A stretch of 64,000 bases of DNA from an uncultured bacterium (GTDB lineage Bacteria; Patescibacteriota; Minisyncoccia; UBA6257; GWB1-50-10). Where the stretch lies: the NCBI GenBank assembly GCA_963768835.1, contig CAVYJB010000002.1, forward strand, positions 459,082-523,081, read 5' to 3'. The number at the start of each line of letters is the position of its first letter. The stretch's first letter is position 1. Made by a program: the position numbers and the translations under genes. Below, piece after piece: positions 19,569-29,357 of the stretch. The notes beneath the pieces were generated by a model. The model was not told the DNA's origin and searched no databases. It saw only the letters and a program-made list of their open reading frames with translations.

Positions 19569-20780
19569 ATGGCCCCCCGATTCCACAAACGGTCCTCTAA
19601 AGCGAGGCCGAAGAGAGTTTTGGCCCTAACCAAGAAAGGTAGCGCGGGGAAGAAGGCGAAAACGAAGGCGCCGGTGGCGAAGCACACTCGACCGGTGGAT
19701 CCGGAATATCTCGAGCACCTGAACGCGCTGGTGATCCGGGGCCGCGGACGCGGCTTTGTCACAGACGCGGAGGTTCTAAATTACTTCCCGGATATCGAGA
19801 AAAACCTCCCCTTCCTTGAACAGGTCTACGATCGGCTTGAAAAGGAGGGTATCAAAGTGCAGGAGTCGAGCCCGCTTGTGAAACACGTGCGGGAGGACCG
19901 TGCCGAGGTGACCGCCGAGGAACTGAAAGCTGCGACGCGCATCGAAGCGGACTTGCCGGATGCGGTTCAGATGTACCTGCGAGAGATTGGCCGCACGCCG
20001 CTCCTCACACAGAAGGAAGAGAAGGAACTTGCGAAGCGCATCGAGCGTGGCGACGAACTGGCCCGGCAGAAACTTATCCAGGCGAACCTCCGGCTCGTGG
20101 TGTCCATCGCGAAGCGCTATGTAAACCGCTCCCCCCATCTCTCCATCCTTGACCTCATTCAAGAGGGGAATATCGGCCTTTCGAAAGCCGTCGACAAGTT
20201 TGACTACCATAAAGGATTTAAATTTTCCACCTATGCTACCTGGTGGATACGGCAGGCGGTGACCCGCGCCCTGGCCGACTACTCGCGCACCATTCGTATC
20301 CCGGTCCACATGGTGGAGACCATCACGAAGTACACGCAGACGAAGCGGCGCCTCATGCAGGAGCTGGGCCGCGAACCGCTGCCGGAGGAGATCGCCTCGG
20401 AACTCGGCGTGGATGTGGAAAAGATCCACTACATCCAAAAGATATCGCAGGAGGTCATTTCCCTCGAGTCGCCGGTAGGGGACGATGACGAGGATTCTAT
20501 CCTCTCGGATTTCATCAAGGATGAGCAGTCTCTTTCGCCCGACCAGCTCGCCTCCCACGCGCTCCTGAAAGACCAGATTAAGGAGATTCTGATCGAGCTT
20601 ACGGACCGTGAGCGAAAAATCCTCGCGATGCGTTTCGGCCTGGATGATAATATCCAGCACACGCTCGAGGAGGTAGGTAAGGTTTTCGGTGTCACGCGCG
20701 AACGCATTCGGCAGATTGAGGCGAAGGCTCTGGAGCGTATCCGCCAGCACGATAAAGTAAAGAAGCTGGAAGGATATTGA
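19569..20780 (+). CDS. rpoD: RNA polymerase primary sigma factor (sigma-70)
   Basis: Region 2.x [40 protein letters not shown], region 3 and region 4 [24 protein letters not shown]. Lies 4 nt after dnaG, the classic dnaG-rpoD operon. Confidence 0.9.
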   Translation: MAPRFHKRSSKARPKRVLALTKKGSAGKKAKTKAPVAKHTRPVDPEYLEHLNALVIRGRGRGFVTDAEVLNYFPDIEKNLPFLEQVYDRLEKEGIKVQESSPLVKHVREDRAEVTAEELKAATRIEADLPDAVQMYLREIGRTPLLTQKEEKELAKRIERGDELARQKLIQANLRLVVSIAKRYVNRSPHLSILDLIQEGNIGLSKAVDKFDYHKGFKFSTYATWWIRQAVTRALADYSRTIRIPVHMVETITKYTQTKRRLMQELGREPLPEEIASELGVDVEKIHYIQKISQEVISLESPVGDDDEDSILSDFIKDEQSLSPDQLASHALLKDQIKEILIELTDRERKILAMRFGLDDNIQHTLEEVGKVFGVTRERIRQIEAKALERIRQHDKVKKLEGY

Positions 20781-20810
20781 GCCTCCCGGATATCAAAGAA
20801 GTACAAAAAG

Positions 20811-20848
20811 AAAGACCCTCGATGAAATCTATCAAGGGTCTTTTTCTG
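20811..20848. terminator. rho-independent terminator after rpoD (bidirectional)
   Basis: AAAGACCCTCGATG-(loop)-ATCAAGGGTCTTTTTCTG hairpin with a T-run. Confidence 0.65.
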
Positions 20849-20874
20849 TCTGCTTATCAGTTTGCAAGGATTCT

Positions 20875-21261
20875 CTATTCCCCGCTTTCTTCTGCAGAGG
20901 CGGATGAAGAGAAAATAGTGAACACGACGATGTCGATGACGAGCCATGCGAGGGTTCCGATGAGGAAAGCGCGGATACACCAGCCCCACCCCTCGTCGGT
21001 CAAGAGCCGGATGCCGTTGATCCCGAAAAAGGCCCAAGCGGCGACGGCCCAGAGCTTCCGCATTGAGATGTTGGGCGTGAGGGGTTCCCAAACGAGAACC
21101 GCAAAGAGTAGAGGCCACGCAACGAATTTGAAGAAGGAATCCTTAAGGAACCACCAAAATCGATGTGTAGCGGATGGCGCGCCGGGCTTGTGCATGTCGC
21201 TCAAGGTGCTTACGCAGAAGGGCATGAGGAGTAAGAATAAGATGCTGAGGATGGTCTGCAT
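20875..21261 (-). CDS. hypothetical multi-pass membrane protein
   Basis: Hydrophobic 128-aa ORF starting MQTILSILFLLLMPF. The ORF-track version extends to 21315. No known motif. Confidence 0.4.
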   Translation of the reverse strand: MQTILSILFLLLMPFCVSTLSDMHKPGAPSATHRFWWFLKDSFFKFVAWPLLFAVLVWEPLTPNISMRKLWAVAAWAFFGINGIRLLTDEGWGWCIRAFLIGTLAWLVIDIVVFTIFSSSASAEESGE

Positions 21262-21387
21262 GCGACACCTCTCTTTGGCTGTGGATGGAAATAGTTCTGG
21301 ATTTACAGTACTCATTTAGAACATTTTCGTCAAGATGGCGTTGCCCTAGATGGAACTTTCTTGAGAACGGCGGTACAATGCAAAATC

Positions 21388-23148
21388 ATGACCTCGGCGG
21401 ACCTTCGGGAAAAATATATCGAATTTTTTAAGAGCAAGGGGCATACTCCCATCCCTTCGGCGTCACTTATTCCCGAGAACGACTCGACAGTGCTCTTTAC
21501 GACCGCGGGGATGCATCCCTTAGTTCCGTACCTTCTAGGTGGCGTGCATCCAGGCGGGAAGCGTCTCGTCTCGGTCCAGAAGTGCATTCGTACAGGCGAC
21601 ATAGATGAGGTGGGCGATGACGTACACCTCACTTTCTTTGAAATGCTGGGGAACTGGTCTCTCGGTGATTACTGGAAAAAAGAAGCCATTGCTTTTAGCT
21701 TCGAGTTTCTGACAAAAGAATTGAGACTCCCTATTGAAAAACTTGCGGTATCTTGCTTCGCGGGCGACGCGGATGCGCCGCGTGACGAAGAATCGGCGAC
21801 CATCTGGGAATCACTCGGCATCCCACACGAGCGCATCTATTTCTTCGGGAAAAGGGATAACTGGTGGGGGCCAGCGGGGGAGACGGGGCCCTGCGGACCG
21901 GATACGGAAATGTTTTACTGGACGGGCGCTGGGGAGCCTGAACCGCTTACGACTGGTGATAACAAGGAAAAGTGGGTGGAGATTTGGAATGACGTCTTCA
22001 TGCAGTACAACAAAACGACTGCAGGGGCTTTCGAACCTCTGAAGCAGAGGAACGTGGACACTGGTATGGGTCTCGAGCGGACCGTCGCGGTGGTGAACCA
22101 GCAGGACGTTTTCTCCATCGATACGCTTGCGCCGCTCGTTGAAGAGATTGAGAAGCTTTCGTTGAAGAGATACGCCGATGGAGGCGAGACAGCGCGCGCA
22201 ATGCGTATTGTTATAGACCACCTCCGTGCCGCCACGTTCATCCTCGGCGATGAAAGAGGGGTGGCGCCCTCCAATGTCGGCCAGGGGTATGTTCTTCGAC
22301 GCCTTATTCGTCGCGCGGTGCGGTACTGGAAAACACTAGGCATCACCGTGACCCCGTTTTCTCCGCTGCTAGCCCAAAAAATAATTAATATATTTGGCGA
22401 ACAATATCCAGAACTCAGGAATAATCAGGCGCGGATTCAAGGCGAGCTTGTGATGGAAGAACAGAAGTTTGCGGTGGCGCTTGAGAAGGGGATTCGAGAA
22501 TTCTCTCGTCTCGCTCATGTGGACGGTAAGGTGGCCTTCGATCTCTATCAGTCTTACGGGTTCCCCCTAGAGTTTACCGAGGAGCTTTCCCGGGAACGCG
22601 GGTTTGCTATTGATAAAAAGATCTTTGAAGAAGAGTTCCGGAAGCATCAGGAGCTCTCGCGCACGGCATCTGCCGGCCAGTTCAAAGGAGGTCTTGCCGA
22701 CCATTCTGAGACTGTGGTGAAATTGCACACTGCGACACACCTTCTCCATCAAGCACTCATCGATGTTCTGGGAGGTACCGTGGATCAGAAGGGTTCAAAT
22801 ATTACGACAGAGCGTCTCCGATTCGACTTTGCTTGTCCGCGGAAACTGACGCCGGAGGAATTAAAGAAAGTCGAGAACATTGTGAATGAAAATATCATGA
22901 AGGACCTGCCGGTGCGCTTTGAGCTTCTCACGGTCGAGCAAGCGAAAGCGCGGGGCGCCATTGGTATTTTCGAGGATAAGTATGCCCAATTGGGCGACAA
23001 AGTGAAGGTTTACTTTGTGGGGGAGTACTCGAAAGAGATTTGCGGTGGCCCGCACGTGGAACACACGGGTGAGATCGGGAGTTTCAAGATCGTGAAAGAG
23101 GAGGCGGTAGCGGCGGGGGTCCGGCGCATCAAGGCGACCGTGGGATAG
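21388..23148 (+). CDS. alaS: alanine--tRNA ligase, short form lacking the C-terminal C-Ala domain
   Basis: Class II catalytic core (FTTAGMHPLVP, KCIRTGDIDEVG, FFEMLGNWSLGDYWK, WWGPAGETGPCGPDTEMFYW) and an editing domain with HTATHLL ... CGGPHV. Total of about 586 aa, versus about 870 aa for the canonical enzyme. Confidence 0.85.
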   Translation: MTSADLREKYIEFFKSKGHTPIPSASLIPENDSTVLFTTAGMHPLVPYLLGGVHPGGKRLVSVQKCIRTGDIDEVGDDVHLTFFEMLGNWSLGDYWKKEAIAFSFEFLTKELRLPIEKLAVSCFAGDADAPRDEESATIWESLGIPHERIYFFGKRDNWWGPAGETGPCGPDTEMFYWTGAGEPEPLTTGDNKEKWVEIWNDVFMQYNKTTAGAFEPLKQRNVDTGMGLERTVAVVNQQDVFSIDTLAPLVEEIEKLSLKRYADGGETARAMRIVIDHLRAATFILGDERGVAPSNVGQGYVLRRLIRRAVRYWKTLGITVTPFSPLLAQKIINIFGEQYPELRNNQARIQGELVMEEQKFAVALEKGIREFSRLAHVDGKVAFDLYQSYGFPLEFTEELSRERGFAIDKKIFEEEFRKHQELSRTASAGQFKGGLADHSETVVKLHTATHLLHQALIDVLGGTVDQKGSNITTERLRFDFACPRKLTPEELKKVENIVNENIMKDLPVRFELLTVEQAKARGAIGIFEDKYAQLGDKVKVYFVGEYSKEICGGPHVEHTGEIGSFKIVKEEAVAAGVRRIKATVG

Positions 23149-23230
23149 CGAGAAGATTGACATCCACAACCGATTCTGGCAGCGTTACTTTAGAAAGTGC
23201 TTTCACAAACAGCGATGGGAGGAGGATGCC

Positions 23231-23644
23231 ATGCGGACCATAGTCGGTTCCGTTCTGCTCTGTCTCTGGGGTACGGCTGGCTGTTCGATTTTTGACGCTG
23301 CTCCGGCGTCCGAGGAGAGCATCGGGAGTTTTCTTATTAGTGTCGGTGCCGCTTCCAGTCAACAGGTCGTGGATCATCTGGAGTTGAGCGCCTTTGAGCA
23401 GGAAGACCTTATCAGCAAGGGGACCTACGAATGTCTCGCGGCGCTTCTGTGCAGTGCGGACACCATCTTCGGGATCCAAAAGCGCTTCGTTAACCACCCT
23501 GAGGTTGTGAGCGCCGATGAACTCCGGAGCGCCTGGATGGAGTTAACGAGAGTCGGTAAGGCTCAGAAAGTTTTCAACGAGGAATTCCTGGGCGTTCTTG
23601 AATCCATCCGAGGGGCACGGATAAGCGGGCTCCGCCATGTATGA
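23231..23644 (+). CDS. hypothetical lipoprotein
   Basis: Signal peptide with a lipobox-like LWGTAGCS. A GGAGGAGG Shine-Dalgarno lies upstream. Confidence 0.5.
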   Translation: MRTIVGSVLLCLWGTAGCSIFDAAPASEESIGSFLISVGAASSQQVVDHLELSAFEQEDLISKGTYECLAALLCSADTIFGIQKRFVNHPEVVSADELRSAWMELTRVGKAQKVFNEEFLGVLESIRGARISGLRHV

Positions 23645-23708
23645 ATTCCGGTCCCCGATGCCAAACAATGGCATCGGGGACCAACTGTTTTTGAGTTATA
23701 CTATTTCC

Positions 23709-24239
23709 ATGCAAACATTCATGCGCAAGGAACTGGCGCGGGCACTCAAGCAAGGAGCCGTCGGCGTGCTCCCGACCGATACGCTCTATGGCCTTGTGGC
23801 CTCCGCGCTTGATCGCCAAGCGGTGGAACGGGTTTACCATTTAAGAAAACGGAACCCAAAGAAGCCCTGCATCATCCTCATTGCATCAGGGCACGATCTT
23901 GCGCGATTCGGTATCCGAATACCTGCCCGCGCTCGAACGGTTCTCCGGAAGCTTTGGCCCGGGCCGATAAGCATCGTTCTCCCGTGCTCTGCCGCGAAGT
24001 TCCGGTATCTCCATCGTGGAACGAAGACCCTTGCCTTTCGTATGCCCGCCGAGCCCTGGCTCCAAACATTCCTCAGGGCATCTGGTCCCCTTATCGCGCC
24101 CACGGCGAACCGTGAAGGGGAGCCGCCAGCTCGGACTGCCGCAGCGGCGCGAAGGATCTTCGGCGCGCACATCGATTTCTACATGGACCGCGGATTTCAG
24201 GTGGGCGCGCCTTCCACACTGATTAAAATCCTTCGCTAG
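23709..24239 (+). CDS. tsaC: L-threonylcarbamoyladenylate synthase (YrdC/TsaC family)
   Basis: LKQGAVGVLPTDTLYGLVASALDRQAVERVYHLRKRNPKKPCIILIAS is the YrdC fold signature. The ORF-track start at 23637 is probably an upstream extension. Confidence 0.8.
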   Translation: MQTFMRKELARALKQGAVGVLPTDTLYGLVASALDRQAVERVYHLRKRNPKKPCIILIASGHDLARFGIRIPARARTVLRKLWPGPISIVLPCSAAKFRYLHRGTKTLAFRMPAEPWLQTFLRASGPLIAPTANREGEPPARTAAAARRIFGAHIDFYMDRGFQVGAPSTLIKILR

Positions 24240-24254
24240 CGTATAATAAGGACA

Positions 24255-26180
24255 ATGAACCTGGAAACAGGCGAAAACGGAGGCCCGGATAAGGACGTCA
24301 TCTATTTTGGTCGCGCTAACTTTAGGAACGCGAACCGGCTTTTCGGCATCAAGCGAAAAGACCGGCGGCAGCACATGTACATCATCGGGAAGAGCGGTAC
24401 CGGGAAGTCGGTGCTCATTGAGAACATGGTTGTGCAGGACATCGCGAATGGGGAAGGCCTCTGTGTGGTGGATCCGCACGGTGAACTCATCGAACACATT
24501 CTTGCGAAGGTTCCGGTGGACCGCGTGAAAGATGTGGTGTATTTCAATCCTGCCGATCCGGATTACGCGGTGGGATTCAACGTGCTCGAGATCCCGGACC
24601 CGCGGTACAAGCACCTTGTTGCACAGGGGCTGATGGGCATCTTCACGAAGATCTGGTCGAATGTCTGGTCGGCGCGTATGGAATACATCCTGAACAACTC
24701 CATCCTCGCCCTCGTCGACACGCCCGGTTCGACACTTCTCGGCATCCCGCGGCTCCTCGTGGACAAGGAATACCGCCAGAAGGTGGTCTCGAACATCCAG
24801 GATCCCGTCATCAAATCCTTCTGGGTGAACGAATTCGAAGACTGGAAGGATCAGTACCGCATGGAGGCTATTGCGCCTATTCAGAACAAAGTAGGGCAGT
24901 TTCTTTCAACAGCCATCATCCGCAACATCGTAGGGCAATCCAAGAGCACTATCGATATCTTCGACATCATGAACACGTCGAAGATATTCCTCGTGGATGT
25001 CTCGAAGGGGCGTATTGGCGAGGACAACTCAGCGCTCCTCGGCGCCATGATTATCACAAAGATTCAGCTTGCGGCGATGGAGCGGGTGCGTGTGGCGGAG
25101 GAGGAGCGCGTGGATTTCTACCTCTATGTAGACGAGTTCCAGAATTTTGCGACGGACTCCTTTGCAAACATCCTTTCGGAGGCCCGGAAGTATCGGCTGG
25201 ACCTTATCATCGCGAACCAGTACGTGGGGCAGCTCGTGACCGATGTTTCGACTAAGGTGCGCGACGCTATCTTCGGTAACGTCGGGACCGCCGTGGTCTT
25301 CCGCGTCGGAGCGGCGGATGCGGAATTTCTGGAGCCGGAATTCGAGCCTGAGTTTGTCATTCAAGACATCGTGGGCCTTCCGAACTATCACATCTATTTG
25401 AAACTAATGGTGGAGGGGGTTTCCTCGAGGCCCTTTTCAGCGACGACGCTGCCACCTTTCAAGGTCAAAACCTCGGACCGCGTGAAGGAAGAGATCACGG
25501 AATCGTCACGTAAGCTTTACTCGCGCCCGCGTTACGTCGTGGAAGATGAAATACGCTTCTGGACCGGCATGGGGCTCACGGGTGGTTCTTCGGCCCCTGC
25601 GGAAGGCCGGGCGGAGCGGGGACAGGGCTACAGTGGGTATGCGACTGGGCGTGGACGCCCCGGCGGAGGTTATGTGCGGCGTGAACAGCCCCAAGACGTT
25701 GCAGATCTGAGCCATCTCGGCATTGAGTTCTCCCCAAGCGAAGCGGGGCGCGGACCTGCGCCGGTGCGCGCAAGCGCCCCGTCTCCTTCCGTGGCACAAC
25801 AACGTCCACCTTTTCGGGATAGCGGCCCTCCGCGTCCTCAAGGGCCGGTGCCCCGTCCGATAGAGAGCCGGCCTACAGAGAATCGAGAGAGTCGTCCGCA
25901 GGAACGTAACCGTTGGGAGCGTCCGCCGGGCTTCACGCCGGGCCGCCGGCAATCGATCATGCAGAGAGATATTCCCAACGCCACGCCGGCCGAGAATGGA
26001 CCAGTCATGCCTGACAGACCCTCTGGGCCAGCTGCCCCAGCGGCGCCGAGCATCAGTCTCCGCGATCTAAAACCCGAAGAGCGTCACACTATCCAGCCGA
26101 AGGGAGAGCCGAACTTGGATGAACTGCGGAAGGCCTTAAGCTCCGCGCTTGAGAATCTGAAGGACAAACCCGGGGAATAG
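24255..26180 (+). CDS. TraD/VirD4-like (TrwB_AAD/DUF87-type) P-loop ATPase with a long disordered Pro/Arg/Gly-rich C-terminal tail
   Basis: Walker A IIGKSGTGKS, DPHGEL, a Walker B-like LYVDEFQNF and ANQY. The C-terminal roughly 200 aa is low-complexity. A TATAAT at 24242-24247 sits 7 nt before the ATG, suggesting a leaderless transcript. Confidence 0.65.
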   Translation: MNLETGENGGPDKDVIYFGRANFRNANRLFGIKRKDRRQHMYIIGKSGTGKSVLIENMVVQDIANGEGLCVVDPHGELIEHILAKVPVDRVKDVVYFNPADPDYAVGFNVLEIPDPRYKHLVAQGLMGIFTKIWSNVWSARMEYILNNSILALVDTPGSTLLGIPRLLVDKEYRQKVVSNIQDPVIKSFWVNEFEDWKDQYRMEAIAPIQNKVGQFLSTAIIRNIVGQSKSTIDIFDIMNTSKIFLVDVSKGRIGEDNSALLGAMIITKIQLAAMERVRVAEEERVDFYLYVDEFQNFATDSFANILSEARKYRLDLIIANQYVGQLVTDVSTKVRDAIFGNVGTAVVFRVGAADAEFLEPEFEPEFVIQDIVGLPNYHIYLKLMVEGVSSRPFSATTLPPFKVKTSDRVKEEITESSRKLYSRPRYVVEDEIRFWTGMGLTGGSSAPAEGRAERGQGYSGYATGRGRPGGGYVRREQPQDVADLSHLGIEFSPSEAGRGPAPVRASAPSPSVAQQRPPFRDSGPPRPQGPVPRPIESRPTENRESRPQERNRWERPPGFTPGRRQSIMQRDIPNATPAENGPVMPDRPSGPAAPAAPSISLRDLKPEERHTIQPKGEPNLDELRKALSSALENLKDKPGE

Positions 26181-26230
26181 AGAAGTGAGCGCGTCCCGGG
26201 GTGGATTCCTTGGCAGAGGTTTCTAAAAAA

Positions 26231-26264
26231 GAAACGGCAACTCACCTGGAGCGAGTTGCCGTTC
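26231..26264. terminator. rho-independent terminator (perfect 11-bp stem) between convergent genes
   Basis: AACGGCAACTC-ACCTGGAGC-GAGTTGCCGTT. The upstream A-run on the + strand becomes a T-run for the minus-strand gene. Confidence 0.7.
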
Positions 26265-26292
26265 ATTGTAGCAAGAGAATATACACCACCCC

Positions 26293-27069
26293 TCACAGGA
26301 CGAGTTCCTTCGCGCGGCCGAGCGTGTAGTAGTCTCGGGTGAGCTGGTTGAGTTGCGAGAGGCGTTTCTTTGCCATCTCCATGGCAAGCGATCCTTCCTC
26401 CTCTGCTTTTTGAGCCGCGGGGTAGCAGAGGTCGATGGTGACGCATTCGACTCGCTTCCCGTCGGCTTTCGCGAGCATCGGAAGATAGTGCTGGATGTAG
26501 GTATCTTTCACTCCATGCGCAAGGTAAAGAGATTGCGAAAGAAGGTACCGCTCCGCGTACTCAGGCGTGAAGGCGATGGGCCCATGCATAATATCCGCGC
26601 CCTCAATGCCCGTAACCTCGCGAAAGACTAGGTTTCCGATTCCCTCGGATATCACCTGGAATTCCGGATAGGATTTCCATCCCGCTTCACTTCGACCGGC
26701 GATGACGACATCCGCGCGGCCCTCCGCTATGGGTGCGATGATATGCGGGATGCATTCAACAACGCCGTACTTTTCGGGTTCGGTCCATACCATGATCGTG
26801 TTGGAGTGCAAGTGAGTCGGAAGATGGCAAAGGGCGACATCGATGGCCTGCCGTCGCGCCGCTCCCATGGTTTTCCCGGACTGCATAGCGACATTGGCCC
26901 CGAGTCTCATGAACGTGTCCCGAATCAGGGGGACCGGTGATGCATCGACGATATTGATGGGTATCATTGCTTTCCCGGCGGATGCAACAAGCTCTTTTGC
27001 GAACGAGAATCTTGTCTCGTTTATGCCCTTGTAAGACGTGGTTGTTATAATCACAACGGTCGGTTTCAC
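26293..27069 (-). CDS. hypothetical protein (possible nucleotide-sugar-transferase-like/Rossmann fold)
   Basis: 258-aa ORF (MKPTVVIITTTSYKGINE...) with an alpha/beta pattern. No confident motif. Confidence 0.45.
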   Translation of the reverse strand: MKPTVVIITTTSYKGINETRFSFAKELVASAGKAMIPINIVDASPVPLIRDTFMRLGANVAMQSGKTMGAARRQAIDVALCHLPTHLHSNTIMVWTEPEKYGVVECIPHIIAPIAEGRADVVIAGRSEAGWKSYPEFQVISEGIGNLVFREVTGIEGADIMHGPIAFTPEYAERYLLSQSLYLAHGVKDTYIQHYLPMLAKADGKRVECVTIDLCYPAAQKAEEEGSLAMEMAKKRLSQLNQLTRDYYTLGRAKELVL

Positions 27070-27164
27070 GAATCACCTCTAGCGTTTGGTGGATGTATAG
27101 ATGAATTGCAAAAAACTGCCACCATTGTAGCAGTTTTATAATCTGATGTCAATGATTGTTTGCT

Positions 27165-27752
27165 TTAGGCCTTCTCAACCCGTTCTACATACTCGCCAGT
27201 TACTGTACTTACCTTCACGATATCGCCTTCATTGATGAAGAGGGGAACATTCACTTTGGCGCCGGTCTCAAGTGTCACGCTCTTTGTGCCGCCCGTTGCG
27301 GTATCGCCCTTCACGGCCGGCGGCGCTTCGGTAACTTTCAGGTCAACTTTGGGAGGGAGCTCGACGCTGATGGTTTTCTCCTTGAACTTGCATGCCCTCA
27401 CCTCTGTGCCTGCTTTCAAAAACTGCCCCGTGCCGCCTAGAACATCATCCGTAAGGGAAAAACGGTTTTTGGGGTTTCCAATTTCATGGAACCAATATTG
27501 GTCTTTCGAGTGATAGATGAAGACAACAGGCTGTTTCTCTATTTCAACCTCATAGAATGATTCATTTTGATGGGCGGCGTAGTCCTGTACTTTCCCGGAG
27601 AGGAGATTCTTTATCTTCAACTGTGTTACGGGCTTGCGCTGCTGCATCCGAATGAAGGCATAGTCTAGTACCACGTAGGGATCCGGATCCTCGTTCTTCG
27701 TGAAAATAGTACCGACTTTAAGTTCGTTATAGTTCAACATTGCGGGGTTCAT
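27165..27752 (-). CDS. efp: elongation factor P
   Basis: KOW-like N-domain (NELKVGTIFTKNEDPDPYVVLDYAFIRMQQRKPVTQLKIKNLLSGKV) and the C-terminal PLFINEGDIVKVSTVTGEYVERV, matching EF-P along its full length. Confidence 0.85.
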   Translation of the reverse strand: MNPAMLNYNELKVGTIFTKNEDPDPYVVLDYAFIRMQQRKPVTQLKIKNLLSGKVQDYAAHQNESFYEVEIEKQPVVFIYHSKDQYWFHEIGNPKNRFSLTDDVLGGTGQFLKAGTEVRACKFKEKTISVELPPKVDLKVTEAPPAVKGDTATGGTKSVTLETGAKVNVPLFINEGDIVKVSTVTGEYVERVEKA

Positions 27753-27844
27753 TGTACCCGACCGAAGAAAATAATCAAGAGTGGGGAAGGAAAAGTAACC
27801 CCGCACCGTGTGAACGGTGCGGGGTATATGCCGGCCTGGAGAGC

Positions 27845-28045
27845 TCAGACCCCTTTCTCTCGCGCCTCCCTTAAAATCCGTTTCCTGCGCATCTCCTCGA
27901 CCACTACTTTTGTTGCGGCACGACCCCTGTCCTGTTTTTTCGCTCTCCTCGCGAGCTCTTCGCTTACCTTAGCAAGGTAAGCCGCTGCTTCCTTTCGGGT
28001 GGCAATAGGGGTCGGCGTTTCCTTATGAAATAGACATCGTTTCAT
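27845..28045 (-). CDS. small basic hypothetical protein (66 aa)
   Basis: MKRCLFHKETPTPIATRKEAAAYLAKVSEELARRAKKQDRGRAATKVVVEEMRRKRILREAREKGV. GAGGTG lies 6 nt upstream on the minus strand. The ORF-track 5' extension would overlap mnmA. Confidence 0.3.
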   Translation of the reverse strand: MKRCLFHKETPTPIATRKEAAAYLAKVSEELARRAKKQDRGRAATKVVVEEMRRKRILREAREKGV

Positions 28046-28100
28046 ATAGCACCTCGCATTTGTGGGTGAGCTGATTTTACAGTAAAGTTTCGGTACCGGA

Positions 28101-29243
28101 ATGTCAAAAACAGAAGCAAAAAAGGTTTTTGTCGCTATGAGTGGAGGAGTAGATTCCTCTGTTGCGGCGCTGCTGATGAAGAAGGCTGGGTACGACGTGA
28201 CCGGCGTCTTCATGCGTTGCTATAACCTTGACGGTTGTGCCGAGCGGGATGCGGAGGACGCCCGGCGCGTGGCGGACCATCTTGGTATTCCGTTCTACAC
28301 CTTCGATTTCGAGAAAGAATACAAAGCGAAGGTCGTCGAGTATATGATTGCGGGGTATCGGCAGGGGATTACCCCAAATCCGGACGTAATGTGCAATCGT
28401 GAGATAAAGTTCGGGTTATTTCTCACGAAAGCGCTCTCGCTGGGAGCGGAACATGTGGTGACTGGACACTATGTGCGGCTCGGAAAGCACGCTGATCGTT
28501 TTACGCTCCATATCGCGAATGACAAAAACAAGGACCAGAGTTATTTTCTCTGGACGCTTACACAGAAGGAACTCGAGCACTGCCTATTCCCCATCGGCGG
28601 TTATCTGAAAAGTGAGGTACGAGAGATGGCGAGAAAGGCAGAGTTACCGACTGCGGAGAAGAAGGATTCGCAGGGCGTCTGCTTTCTTGGTGATGTGGAC
28701 ATCTTCGATTTCCTGAGAAGGCACATCCCCGAAAAGCGGGGTGATATCGTGGTTGCCCTGCAAGGGATTGGAGGAGTAGTCTACCGCAAGGTGGGGGAGC
28801 ACCGCGGTGTTTGGTTCTATACCATAGGGCAGCGCCACGGTCTCGATCTGCGGGAGCCCGGGAAACTGCTTCGCCGTCGTGGTACAGAACCGACGGGGCC
28901 TTTCTACGTCGCAGCGAAGGATCTCAATACCAACACACTTGTTGTGGCGGAGGGAAACGATGCCCCCGCCCTGTTTCGAACGGAAATCACGCTTGCAGAC
29001 ACGAACTTGATTTCGGGGAATGCTCTGACTTCCGGCTCCAAGCTCTCGGTCCTTGCACGCGTGCGGTATCGGCAACCCGTTTCCGAAGCTATTCTTTCAT
29101 ATTTCAATTCAAACGAATCAATGAAAAATGAAGGTGTGGCAACACTTGTTTTTAAGAAGCCCCAGAAGTTTGTGGCTCCGGGTCAGTCCGCGGTCTTTTA
29201 TGAAGGAAGTGGGGAGATGCTCGGTGGAGGGGTAATCGAATAG
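28101..29243 (+). CDS. mnmA: tRNA-specific 2-thiouridylase
   Basis: PP-loop SGGVDSS, the catalytic Cys motifs NPDVMCN and CFLGD, and overall MnmA layout. Confidence 0.9.
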   Translation: MSKTEAKKVFVAMSGGVDSSVAALLMKKAGYDVTGVFMRCYNLDGCAERDAEDARRVADHLGIPFYTFDFEKEYKAKVVEYMIAGYRQGITPNPDVMCNREIKFGLFLTKALSLGAEHVVTGHYVRLGKHADRFTLHIANDKNKDQSYFLWTLTQKELEHCLFPIGGYLKSEVREMARKAELPTAEKKDSQGVCFLGDVDIFDFLRRHIPEKRGDIVVALQGIGGVVYRKVGEHRGVWFYTIGQRHGLDLREPGKLLRRRGTEPTGPFYVAAKDLNTNTLVVAEGNDAPALFRTEITLADTNLISGNALTSGSKLSVLARVRYRQPVSEAILSYFNSNESMKNEGVATLVFKKPQKFVAPGQSAVFYEGSGEMLGGGVIE

Positions 29244-29321
29244 CGTCTCCCGCACTCCACGAAATACGATTTATCCACTTATTTTGTGGCTTTTTTCGCG
29301 TATAATGGAGAAGAAGGGCCA

Positions 29322-29327
29322 ACTCGG
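29322..29327 (+). promoter_or_regulatory. candidate -10 hexamer (TATAAT) upstream of the giant gene
   Basis: CGCGTATAATGG lies 30 nt upstream of the ATG at 29358, preceded by a T-rich weak hairpin that may terminate mnmA. Confidence 0.3.
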
Positions 29328-29357
29328 AATCGATTGGCCGCTTTCACGTCATAAAAA

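Noticed and set aside
20429-21118. 229-codon minus-strand ORF overlapping the 3' end of rpoD
   Set aside because: It is antisense to the well-supported sigma-70 region 4 coding sequence and runs through a terminator hairpin.
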